DNA of 64,000 nucleotides from an uncultured Nitrospiraceae bacterium (GCA_963846575.1 CAWJWJ010000002.1:416001-480000), one strand, 5' to 3'. Shown: positions 21,436 to 30,429, counted from the first letter of the stretch. The notes: generated from the sequence alone by a model not told the origin. Translations and numbers: made by a program.

Positions 21436-21648
21436 CTAGCCCACAATCGCGCGCACGCGCTTAAAGGCGTAGATCGCCAGGGCCACGCCGATCAGGGCCG
21501 TAGCCCACAAGAGCAGATCAGCCCGCACTGTGGCCACATCCGCCGACACCGGAAACAACTGCGCCTGTGACAGCGCCGGGATGCCCAGGGCGAACACGAA
21601 CGCCATGAGCACGCCCCCAAGCCCCTTGACCCAACCCCATCCCTTCAT
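21436..21648 (-). CDS. Inovirus major coat protein (pVIII-like) with signal peptide
   Basis: MKGWG...ALSQA|QLFPVSADVATVRADLLLWATALIGVALAIYAFKRVRAIVG; AGGAGGT RBS; followed by terminator. Confidence 0.85.
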   Translation of the reverse strand: MKGWGWVKGLGGVLMAFVFALGIPALSQAQLFPVSADVATVRADLLLWATALIGVALAIYAFKRVRAIVG

Positions 21649-21738
21649 ACTGCACCTCCTTGTGCTGTGGTGGTCACGTCCACCCACGCCGCCGGAATGC
21701 TCGCCGGCGGACGAGTGCCTCAAGGCCTTGAGGCAGAA

Positions 21739-21822
21739 TCAGTGCTGAGGCAGAATCAGCTTGATAATCAGACCGACGGCAAACCCGCCGAGCCAGAAGA
21801 TCGCTGTGAAGTAGGTCATCAT
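21739..21822 (-). CDS. Tiny TM protein (pVII/pIX-like, 27 aa)
   Basis: MMTYFTAIFWLGGFAVGLIIKLILPQH; starts immediately after zot stop. Confidence 0.55.
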   Translation of the reverse strand: MMTYFTAIFWLGGFAVGLIIKLILPQH

Positions 21823-21823
21823 C

Positions 21824-22831
21824 TCAATCGCCTGCTGGTCCATAGAACACTCCTTCGCCGATCAGCTGCATCGATCCCTCTTCATAGACTTCCGACACGA
21901 CGACGCCATACCGGCCGGTGATCTGAGCCGCCGTGAGGATCTCGCCACTGTCCAACAGATAGCGCCAGCCTTGACGGTTCGCCGACATGCCGGCGCCGCC
22001 AAGAATGCGCACGGGGCGTTTGGGAAGTGACGGTGTGGCCACGGAGGGAGCGAACGCGCCCAAGGGATTCACCAGACTGCCCGGCGTCGATGCAGACGGC
22101 AGCGAAGACAATGTCGCGGTGCTACTCACGCTCGTTGCCGGCACTCCCTTGGTGCTGCTTAATGACGACCAGGGCCGCCAAACCATGAGGGTGAGAGCAA
22201 ACAGCCCTGCCGCAATGCCGATCGCCACCCGCGCCGACTTGAAGACCGTATGGCTGCGTTTCTCTTCCCGGATCGCCGCCGACGCGTAACTGGAATAGTA
22301 GGCGTAGATCGCCGGCGAATAGGTCCCGACGAAGGCCCGAATGACGTCATGGTCTTCGGGGTTCCCGCGCACCTTGCCCTGATATTTTTTCGCCAAGCCC
22401 ACGAAGGCGAGTTTTCGAAACTTCACCGTGGCTTCGATGAGCCGGGTCACACCTTGGGACATCTGGCGGAAATCCTGGCTCATGAGCAGAATGTCCACGC
22501 CGTAATGCCGATGGGTTTCGAGCCAGCGGAGGAGACCTGGCTCCACCTTCTGCATCGACCGAAACACGGTCTGGGCTTCGTCGATAATCACCGCCGAGCC
22601 CGGTTCGACATGTGGAAAGGCCTGCAGGACTTCCACGGAATCCTTCCAGATCGTGATCTGCTGTTCGAGGACGGAAAGTTCGATGCCCGTGAACAAGGCC
22701 AGCCGATCCAGATAGATCCCATCGACCGCGATGTAGAGTCGCCGGCCTTGCCGCACCCAGGGCAAGAATTTCTCGCAGATCGCGTGGTAGGACTTGCCCG
22801 AGCCCGGCACGCCTTCATACAGTTCAATCAT
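21824..22831 (-). CDS. zot: Zot/pI-like morphogenesis ATPase
   Basis: MIELYEGVPGSGKS (Walker A), IIDEAQ (Walker B), HRHYGVDILLMSQ, C-terminal TM. Confidence 0.93.
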   Translation of the reverse strand: MIELYEGVPGSGKSYHAICEKFLPWVRQGRRLYIAVDGIYLDRLALFTGIELSVLEQQITIWKDSVEVLQAFPHVEPGSAVIIDEAQTVFRSMQKVEPGLLRWLETHRHYGVDILLMSQDFRQMSQGVTRLIEATVKFRKLAFVGLAKKYQGKVRGNPEDHDVIRAFVGTYSPAIYAYYSSYASAAIREEKRSHTVFKSARVAIGIAAGLFALTLMVWRPWSSLSSTKGVPATSVSSTATLSSLPSASTPGSLVNPLGAFAPSVATPSLPKRPVRILGGAGMSANRQGWRYLLDSGEILTAAQITGRYGVVVSEVYEEGSMQLIGEGVFYGPAGD

Positions 22832-22914
22832 CGGAGACTCCTCAGATACACCCAGATCCACAGGGCTAAGACGACGGTCCAGGCATAGGCCCACCCGATC
22901 ACGAGCTGGTTCAT
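22828..22914 (-). CDS. Tiny TM protein (28 aa)
   Basis: MNQLVIGWAYAWTVVLALWIWVYLRSLR; ATGA overlaps at both ends. Confidence 0.55.
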   Translation of the reverse strand: MNQLVIGWAYAWTVVLALWIWVYLRSLR

Positions 22915-23186
22915 GAACCCCACCGGACAAATGGAATAGTCTGTAAGATGAATCGGGTCCCCATGGCGCTCGCCAGGATGGCCAGCGCCTGACTCATGCC
23001 CGTCGCGCCCAGCACCCACGCGTACTGATCGGGGATGACCGGCAGCGTGAGGCCTGCCGTCCCCACGGTCGCGAGCGTGCTGTCCGCCGCGGAGAGCAGC
23101 GAATCCCAGATGCTCAATCCCCAATCGGTGAGGGAGAAGAAGAACTCCTGCAGCCAGCAATAGATCAGGGTCAGAATGGCGGTCAT
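22911..23186 (-). CDS. pVI-like (DUF2523-type) minor coat protein
   Basis: 91 aa hydrophobic, ...LGATGMSQALAILASAMGTRFILQTIPF, directly upstream of zot. Confidence 0.75.
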   Translation of the reverse strand: MTAILTLIYCWLQEFFFSLTDWGLSIWDSLLSAADSTLATVGTAGLTLPVIPDQYAWVLGATGMSQALAILASAMGTRFILQTIPFVRWGS

Positions 23187-23819
23187 GAGCTGGTCTGGCC
23201 TCCCACAAAGATGATGCGGTACGCCGCAATGGAAGCCGCCGCAATGACCAATGTCCGGAGCACAGTGAAGAACCAGGCCCATTGATTGAAGTCGACGTGC
23301 TGACTGCCGAAGAAGGCGGAGGGCAGCGCAATCACCGGCAACGTCGACCGCACAGAGGGGAACATTGGTCGTGCTGAATTGGATGCTCGCATTGAGGTAA
23401 TTCGCATTGGCCGGGGTGCTGGTCCCGAGACCCGGAAAGGTCTGGATGCCGGCGTTGCTGCTCGTGACTTGCCAGCCGCCGGGTGTTGAAGCCGCCGATT
23501 TAATGGCCGACAGGTCGGATTGCGAATAGTACATCTGAGCCAGGACTAAGCCGGCCCCCACGCCGAGTGCGGCCCACCCAACCGGACCGGCGACCATGCG
23601 GACGGCTACAGAGGCGGCCGAGGGCGCCACTGCAGCGGAGGCCACCTGACCCGCCAAGGCGGACCGTTGCGCGGCGAGATAGGCAATGCGTTCGGCTTGC
23701 GCGACCACCCTGGAATACTGCGTGGCGGTTTGTGCGAGGGATTCTCCAGGTGCCAGACAGAACGAGACCAAAAGGCCCCAGATAAGTGAGAGATAACTGG
23801 TGAGTGAAAGCAGTTTCAC
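23183..23819 (-). pseudogene. pIII/TspB-like adsorption protein, apparently internally deleted and frameshifted near 23350
   Basis: Signal peptide + GPVGWAALG N-terminus in one frame; C-terminal anchor ...VDFNQWAWFFTVLRTLVIAAASIAAYRIIF in another; short for a pIII. Confidence 0.65.
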
Positions 23820-23890
23820 AATCGTCCAACTCCAAGGCCGGTGAGGAAGGCCAGTAACAGGACCGCCACGAGAATAATGGTGAGATCCAC
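23816..23890 (-). CDS. Tiny TM protein (pVII-like, 24 aa)
   Basis: MDLTIILVAVLLLAFLTGLGVGRL; GGAGG RBS; GTGA overlap with pIII start. Confidence 0.55.
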   Translation of the reverse strand: MDLTIILVAVLLLAFLTGLGVGRL

Positions 23891-23910
23891 CGGCCTTCCT
23901 CCCTCTGCCG

Positions 23911-24174
23911 TTATTTCAAGACTTCCAGCCCAGAGAGGTCGAAGAAGACCCGTCCGGTCTGCTCGAACTTCCGGACTTCGATCGAGACTTTCGCTTGCTT
24001 GCCCTCGGCTTGCTTGCAGGCTTCGATTAAGGGCATCTGATCGTCCGGAATCCCCAATCGAAGCACCCCCGGATCTCGGCCCTTCACATAGAGATCCACC
24101 GATCGGTAGACTTTCCCTTCCCGACTCCTCCGCTCCACATAGCCCTGGACCGCTCCCTCCGCTTTGACTTGCAT
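23911..24174 (-). CDS. ssDNA-binding protein (pV/RstB-like position)
   Basis: 87 aa beta-rich, RRSREGKVY loop, between Rep and virion genes; AGGGGG RBS. Confidence 0.65.
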   Translation of the reverse strand: MQVKAEGAVQGYVERRSREGKVYRSVDLYVKGRDPGVLRLGIPDDQMPLIEACKQAEGKQAKVSIEVRKFEQTGRVFFDLSGLEVLK

Positions 24175-24374
24175 CGTCGTCCCCTCCTGAATAATGGATT
24201 GAATTCGGATCAGCCAAGCGCCTGACCCACACGCCCCGGCCTTCAGACCGGGCTTTTGGTCGAAAGCAGAATTCCGAATCGCATTCCCGACAGCTCAGAT
24301 ACAAGGCGCCCTGTTCCCACTTGCACCGACAGCCTCTCGCGCCACATCCCGGACACATGCGTCGCCAGTAGCCG

Positions 24375-25367
24375 TTATGAAACTCTAAGGACATAGGGCG
24401 TGCCTTTTCGTCGTTCCTTCAGCAGGGCATAGTGTTTCTGCTTCCATTTCTTGGTGCCGGCATAGATCAACTCCTTCAGGAACTGATCACCTCGGCAGGC
24501 CACCACCACGGCCAGCATCGAGGCAACGGATTGGGCGAGCCAGGCGGCCACGTCATCTAGCCGTTGCTGAATCCGTTCAACCACCAGGCGGCAGCGCTTG
24601 AAGCCTTCGGTCAGGGCGTGCCACCACCCCAACAGCGGCGCCCGATATTTTTCGTAGGATTCCGCTTCCCGCGTCGTCTCGCGGAAATCCACATAGGAGC
24701 GGAGCACCCCCACCATAAAGGCCCGCCAGTCTTCGGCATCGAGCGTGAGCAGAGCTTTGGCGCAGGCTTGGGCCCGGTCTTGTTTGAATTCCATTTCCCA
24801 CCGGACTCCATAGGAGGCCGCGTCTTCCCGGCCTTCGACTCTGCAGTTCCAGTCGTTTGTCATAGACCCGCAGCATGCTTTGGCTTTCCCGGCTGCCAAA
24901 GTAGAGGGTTTCACCGGTCCGGACCCCGTCGCGTGATTGGAGGCTTGGATCACTTTGAATTGCTTAGACCGACTCACGACCTGTCCGGCTTCCACGGCTT
25001 GCCGGACGGTCTCAACTGCGACCGTGGCCTCCCGGTCGTCCAGGGCCACGTCGGTCCGAGTCACATGGCCCTTCTGCGCGAAGATCCAGGCCAGGACCGT
25101 CTTCAGCTTGATCTCATCCCACTGGGAGATAATTCCGGCCGACAGATCCACGTGCACTTCCTTCGGACTGCGAGGCGCACCCGTCCCCAGTTTCCCCACG
25201 CCGGTCTTGCCCTGCGTCATGAGCCGTGCGACGGGATAGCCGCGAAAGCCCGTCTCACTCTGGAACCAATCGCCCCCAATCGTCTTGATGACCTCGTCCA
25301 CGTCAGCCTTCGGCAGTGTGAACGCCAGCCAATCAATCGTGTGAGTGAATCCGCCAGAACCCGTCAT
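24375..25367 (-). pseudogene. Rep_trans-family rolling-circle replication initiator with two compensating frameshifts
   Basis: IDWLAFT, TRTDVALD, RWEMEFK in frame; TGETLYFGSRESQSMLRVYDK present only in an alternative frame (~24834-24933). Confidence 0.85.
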
Positions 25368-25396
25368 TTTTTGCTCCTTGGCTTGCGTGCGATAGA

Positions 25397-25423
25397 CGCC
25401 CCCGTCTTACCAAGTCGGGGGCG
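25397..25423 (-). promoter_or_regulatory. Putative double-strand origin / nick-site hairpin
   Basis: Minus strand CGCCCCCG-ACTTGGTAAGA-CGGGGGCG, 30 bp upstream of rep; resembles C-run/TAA/G-run nick sites of Rep_trans/MOBT enzymes. Confidence 0.6.
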
Positions 25424-25676
25424 GGGTCGGCTGCGCGCGCCGCCGGCTGGCGCCGCCTTGCGCGCTGCGCGATCCCGTCTTTCTCCCGGCTTCGACAAAA
25501 GACGGACCATTCCCTTTGGCCTGCAGCGCTTCCTTGACGCGTTCAAGATCGAAACGGACGAACCGACAGAAGCGATCAACCGGAATCTCGCCTTTGCGGT
25601 AAGCGCGGCGGATCGACTTCGGGCTGACTTTGAGGACGGCGGCCAACTCATCGACGGTTAACCATGTTTGTTCCAT
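25407..25676 (-). CDS. Excisionase-like helix-turn-helix protein (HTH_17)
   Basis: WLTVDELAAVLKVSPKSIRRAYRKGEIP...VRFD; AAAGGAG RBS. Confidence 0.85.
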   Translation of the reverse strand: MEQTWLTVDELAAVLKVSPKSIRRAYRKGEIPVDRFCRFVRFDLERVKEALQAKGNGPSFVEAGRKTGSRSAQGGASRRRAQPTPPPTW

Positions 25677-25766
25677 CACGTCTCCTTTGTGAGTGCAGCA
25701 CACGATGTATGGCGGAACCATACGCATCTGCGTGCGGTGGTGAAAAGAGGCCGGTTCATGGACCTG

Positions 25767-25793
25767 GGGACACCAGGGGACACTGAGGGACAC
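25767..25793. repeat. Three GGGACAC direct repeats at 10-bp period
   Basis: Copies at 25767, 25777, 25787 upstream of the HTH gene. Confidence 0.75.
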
Positions 25794-26432
25794 TACGGCA
25801 TTCCATTCCAAGCCGTGATCAGAGCAGGAATGGGAGTCGAAGGAATCTATGCAAAAAGATTGTCAGGAGGATGAGTCGCTACTGAAGAATGACGAAAGGC
25901 CACGCTGGGCTTGATGGTTCGACGGCTGGTACGAATAAGGCCTATGGAAATTTATAGGGCAAATGGAACTGAGATGAGGCGAATCATCTTTAGCGCCCCG
26001 ATCAAAATACGGCGCAATCATGCAAAAAATAGTCATCGGGCCAAATTACTTTGAATAGGGCCAAATGGCTCTGGCCTCAACAGGGCGAATTCGAGCCTCG
26101 TGCTTTGGGCAATAGAGAGAAGTCACAGTGGACGGTGTTGCAAGAAAGTAATGGTTGATGGCCTTCCAACGAGCGAAGACTGGAAAACTGTAGAGCCCGA
26201 GATAATCGACTTCACCTTCGGGTGAGTGTGAAGTGGGTATGGTCCTGGCCGACCAATGCGGCTGAAGAAAATAATCACGACTACAGTGGGCTTGCAAGCG
26301 ATTAAGTTCGCACATGCGGTACAAGAGGTTCTTATCTCTCAGCCTTAAACAGAAACCCCCCTACTGCACGTTTGGCACTTCGCGGCAGTTGGGAGCACTC
26401 GATCAGCAGTGGCAGGAAGACTCTGTGAAACT

Positions 26433-26570
26433 TTAGCCCGGCTGAATAGCAGTGAATTCCAGAACGAAGGTTGTCCCTTCGTCTTCTGAACTGTGCACGC
26501 GAATTCTCCCTTTGTGATCCTCCACGACGGCTTGCACGAGGGTCAGCCCGAGGCCCCAGCCTGGAAGTTG
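26433..26570 (-). pseudogene. Histidine kinase HATPase C-terminal fragment
   Basis: GWGLGLTLVQAVVEDHKGRIRVHSSEDEGTTFVLEF with no upstream kinase domain. Confidence 0.7.
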
Positions 26571-27120
26571 TGAATGGGAAGTCCTCGTCGGCCTAGAATA
26601 ACCGCTTAAAAAATCTAATTGACCAGAGAGTTCAAGAAGCGTAATCCGCGTCACAACGGGAATCGTGCACCTTGATATTGAGCAAGAAGCGTCATCAGGA
26701 AGCTTGGTTTAGCATCGCCTGCGGTGAGAGTTCGGCAATCGTATGGCCGCAAAAACTGCCTGAAACGTTTCAAGTGGACGACAGAAGAGGGCCACTAGAT
26801 GCACCGAGCAACCCATCGTTATCAAAAACTCCTTTGGCAAATCCCATGGGATGTCTTTGAATGAATCGATAACACTATTGCGGAGGCGCCGAAGGCGGGA
26901 TGTGATTCACACACCCTAGACGGGCTTAAATATCTAGAAACCCTCTCATCAGCTGTCCAAGATCGCAGAGGTTCTCTCCGAAGCGACCGGACGATCGCGA
27001 AGAATTCGATGAGGATTTGGACGATGAGACCGCGATTGAAATCCGCCAGCCTGCTCCATGGCATCAAGAAAGATAACAAAGGTGACTGTTCCTGGGAGAC
27101 CGGGTCGTCGGAAGGTGCCG

Positions 27121-27300
27121 ATGTTTTTCATGTGGGCCGCAATCTTCTTTCTAATCGCACTGGCTGCAGGCGCCGTCGGGTTTACTGACATTTCTGCCGA
27201 CGCCTCGCATATTCCAGAATCCTGTTCTGTATTTCATGGGCGATTTTTCTCTTTTTACTCAGTCCTGGTTGATTTTAATCAAAATATCAAGTCGGTCGCG
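27121..27300 (+). pseudogene. DUF1328-like small membrane protein remnant
   Basis: MWAAIFFLIALAAGAVGFTDISA then loss of similarity; end approximate. Confidence 0.55.
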
Positions 27301-27664
27301 CGTGGCGTCGGGATCAATGGCAATTGGAGAGGGCTGCTTCGAAACATAAAAATAAGATGCTCAAGTACCGCTGCCTGGCCAAATCTCCGGAAAGCGCTAT
27401 ACTTCTACTATGCTCGCGCCGGAATTCATCCTCTTCCTGATGCTCGATGTCATGGTGCTGACGTGGACCGTCTTGAAGGTCTTGGTCAACCGTATGATTG
27501 ATTCGGATCCCCATCTCCCCCCTCGTGTCACAGCACAACCCTCAGAGCCTTCTGATCATCTTCGGCGAGTGGCCTAACTTGTAGGCCCGTGCATCATCCT
27601 CGTTCCAATCTATCCTGCTGACTAAATATATACGCAACATGTCTCCAGGGCGACATGTCCCTTC

Positions 27665-28192
27665 CACTCCCCGCGGATTAATATTGAGGAGGCCATTCCC
27701 GTCTATGGACCAGGTCGACGCACACCTAGAGATCCTTCTGCAAGACTTTATGCGACTGTGTCCCGAGGACGCGCCCTTAGAGGCAGACGACTGGACCGGC
27801 CTGCATGAAATTTATGTGTTTATCTACGAGCAGGGGATTCAGTGCGTACCTTCGACCTTTCGAGATTTCTTGATTCAGCACGGCTATTCCGAGAATAAGG
27901 CGAGAGCCGTGAGTCAGCACTATAGTCAGTACCTTCACCAGCTGAAGGTGCGTGGTCACGATCCCCAGACCTCTGTCCAGAAGCTGGACGAGACGCCAAC
28001 GCAAACTGGCGCTGAGGCTCACTCTCAGAATAAAGGGGCGACGGATGTGTCGGTTCCAATTTAACCGTAAGAATCATGATTCCGTTGTCGTCGAGGGGAG
28101 CCGGGTCGACATAGTGGACGGCTATATCACAGTCGTGGATGCGCAAGACCGGCCTCTTGCGACGTTTGACCCAGCCGAGCTGTCGAGTTGGT
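27665..28192 (+). repeat. ~530-bp direct repeat, copy 1
   Basis: Aligns by eye with 44214-44742 (offset ~16550) with scattered substitutions. Confidence 0.92.
27705..28064 (+). CDS. Hypothetical protein (family A, copy 1)
   Basis: GAGGAGG RBS; frame conserved in copy at 44255. Confidence 0.65.
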   Translation: MDQVDAHLEILLQDFMRLCPEDAPLEADDWTGLHEIYVFIYEQGIQCVPSTFRDFLIQHGYSENKARAVSQHYSQYLHQLKVRGHDPQTSVQKLDETPTQTGAEAHSQNKGATDVSVPI

Positions 28193-28221
28193 ACCGAGTC
28201 ATGGACCCGTTCAGAACTTAA
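28045..28221 (+). CDS. Small hypothetical beta-rich protein (copy 1)
   Basis: MCRFQFNRKNHDSVVVEG...; AAGGGG RBS; conserved in second copy. Confidence 0.5.
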   Translation: MCRFQFNRKNHDSVVVEGSRVDIVDGYITVVDAQDRPLATFDPAELSSWYRVMDPFRT

Positions 28222-28300
28222 TTCTTTTTCGTACGCCGGTCAGCAGTCGGCCCCCGATGATAATGGTTGACCCATGGACGCAAAAGGGGTGTTTGTCTCA

Positions 28301-28882
28301 TCAGTCGCGCTGTATCTCAACCTCCCTCCATCCGAGCCTATCAGACAGTAAGACGGTGTCGTGGCATTCCCATACCTTGAGGGTGTCGTCTGGAGTCCAG
28401 GCGTCAACTGGATACGTGCAGAGGGCCACAATATTCGCCTCCCCGACTGCCTCGGTCACGCCGCGTTCATAGGCGAGGAATCGCGCGCGCTGCTCCGGGG
28501 ACTGCAGCCACGATGAATCGCCTGTTACGCGAAATCCTGTGAAGCGGGGCGCCACCTGTACCACCTTCCGCATGCACGTCGCGAACATCGTCTCTGGATC
28601 GAGCGGGGCCTCCGGCCGGTACCATTCGCTGGAGGCGACGAGGTCCAACTGTCCCGTCTGAAGGTAATCGTACACGTTTGGAACAGTGCGCTGAAGGAGG
28701 ATCGTGGCCGCGGACGGGCTCAGCCAGGGCGGAAGGATCCAGTGGCAACCTTCGTGGTCGGCTAATCCGGCCTCGATATAAGAACAGATGAGCATGTGCA
28801 AGTCAGCGGCAGATCGGTAGAAGGCACATAGATGACTGCCCCAGGGCAGTGTCTGAGAAAGGGTTGTGCTGAGACGGGGCAT
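28301..28882 (-). CDS. Stand-alone MEDS (DcmR-type sensory) domain protein
   Basis: LPWGSHLCAFY, GFRVTGD.SW, FLAYE, ALCTYP, HDTV. Confidence 0.85.
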   Translation of the reverse strand: MPRLSTTLSQTLPWGSHLCAFYRSAADLHMLICSYIEAGLADHEGCHWILPPWLSPSAATILLQRTVPNVYDYLQTGQLDLVASSEWYRPEAPLDPETMFATCMRKVVQVAPRFTGFRVTGDSSWLQSPEQRARFLAYERGVTEAVGEANIVALCTYPVDAWTPDDTLKVWECHDTVLLSDRLGWREVEIQRD

Positions 28883-29263
28883 GGCGTCCTTACGGTGGAG
28901 GTCTAAGTTCCGCTGCGCGATCAGCCTGCGTCTCTAAGGTGGCGAGAGCGCGCTCCCGCTCGCGCAATCCTTCGGACAGAAATGGGGGACCAGAAAATTT
29001 GGGTGAGCCACTGTCTGAATAAAAGTGGACGGTAGGGGACAGAGAAAGGGACGCTGACAGGCGAGGTGCCATGATGGCGTCACTCTATCATTATTTACGT
29101 AGTCGTCAGCTAGTAAGTCCTCTAGAGCAGAGTGTATGGTTTGGCCAACGCCTGTTCGGCCTAGCTGGCAGAAGAGGAAGGACCGTGGTCAGCGGGAAGC
29201 TAGAAGATTCGCGTGGGAACTCCAAGACAGGCGTACCGAGACCTTATCGTAGCGGAGTTGCGT

Positions 29264-29668
29264 TTAGTGCGTCGGACCAAGGAGTGTTTGCATAGTCATG
29301 CGCAACTGGTCGACGCCAAGCGGCTTCGTCAGCACGGCGTCAGCTCCGCGTCGCTCCCGGGAGGTCAGCATTGCCTCCGGCTCTGGTAAGCCAGACACGG
29401 CAAGGATTTTCAGGGCTGGACACGCTGCTCGTAACTCACGAATGACTTCCCAGCCGTCGCCGTTCGGCATGTGCATATCGGTGATCACGGCGTCGGTGGG
29501 CGACGCTCGAAAGCGGCACACGCCCGCTCGGCCGTTCTCGGCTTCGACGATCGTATAGCCGACGGGTTCCAGAATCGCCCGGATGAGAGTGCGCACGGCC
29601 TCCTCATCGTCAATCACCAGAATCGACGCGACGGCAGGAGACGAGATTGGTTCGAGGGTATGCTGCAC
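29264..29668 (-). CDS. Single-domain response regulator
   Basis: ILVIDDE, VITDMHMPNGDG, AVSG, LTKP. Confidence 0.85.
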   Translation of the reverse strand: MQHTLEPISSPAVASILVIDDEEAVRTLIRAILEPVGYTIVEAENGRAGVCRFRASPTDAVITDMHMPNGDGWEVIRELRAACPALKILAVSGLPEPEAMLTSRERRGADAVLTKPLGVDQLRMTMQTLLGPTH

Positions 29669-29839
29669 GGTGTCCCTTCGTGAAAACGAGTAACCTTTTA
29701 ATATTACCAGTATAATAGCCCTCGAATGGCTGTGAGAAGCCCTAGTTTTTGTCATCCTTCCGTTGCTGTCATCCCGAGGTGCCAAGGATATACCCTCGAT
29801 GCTGGTGAACACATGCTCTTACCTGTAGATTGTGGACGC

Positions 29840-30352
29840 ATGAGAACCATATCCCGCTATTGGGGCTATCGCGCCACTGGGTTACTGCTGGTTCTTGTCG
29901 TCGCGCCGAGCCTCGCACATGCGGAGTATATCGGGACAGTGGTGGGCGTGATCGACGGCGATTCCATCCGAGTCATCCACGATGGCCAGGCCGAGCAGAT
30001 TCGCCTCCTCGGGATCGACTGCCCCGAGAAACGTCAGCCATTCGGCACACGGGCCAGGGAATATACCTCTGAGCTGGCCTTTGGGCAGGATGTCACGGTG
30101 TACGGAGACAAGCGAGATCGCTATGGCTGACGGCTGGCCGAAGTCCTCCTCCCCGACGGCCGTAGCCTGAATCAGGAACTGGTCAAGGCTGGTTTCGCCT
30201 GGTGGTTTCGAAAGTATTCGAAGAATCTACGGTTGGGAGAGTTGGAACGGCAGGCGAGAATAGCGAAGAGAGGCTTATGGGTTGATCCGCGGCCGGAGCC
30301 ACCCTGGGAGTGGCAGAACAGCATTAAGCAGTCCAACGATGGGAATCAATAG
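29840..30352 (+). pseudogene. Thermonuclease (SNase-family), internal TGA at 30128-30130
   Basis: VIDGDSI, IRLLGIDCPE, DRYG*RLA, LVKAGFAW, KRGLW...PPWEW. Confidence 0.88.
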
Positions 30353-30429
30353 ATGCATTGCGTCCCACTAGAACTCCTAAATTACTTTAAGCCACATCGA
30401 GAAGCACGTGAGGCAGTTCGGACACCTAC

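Larger units (their letters stand above)
20500..25860 (-). mobile_element. Filamentous (inovirus-like) prophage module, degenerate
   Basis: Co-directional HTH, Rep_trans, SSB, small TM proteins, pIII/pVI-like, Zot ATPase and coat genes with overlapping start/stop codons; boundaries approximate. Confidence 0.88.

Noticed and set aside
23816..24394. 192-aa ORF spanning the ssb gene
   Set aside because: Middle is an alternative-frame overlap of ssb. Only the Cys-rich N-terminus (possible small Zn-finger protein, end unclear) and the last 24 codons look real.
26386..26399. CAGTTGGGAG(CACT) resembling the tRNA-Ala D-arm near the phage module end
   Set aside because: Only 10 exact nt, from the 5' half of the tRNA rather than the duplicated 3' end; no cloverleaf.
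30128..30130. TGA read-through (selenocysteine) in the thermonuclease
   Set aside because: Position corresponds to the conserved Arg of DRYGR; CGA->TGA nonsense mutation is the simple explanation.
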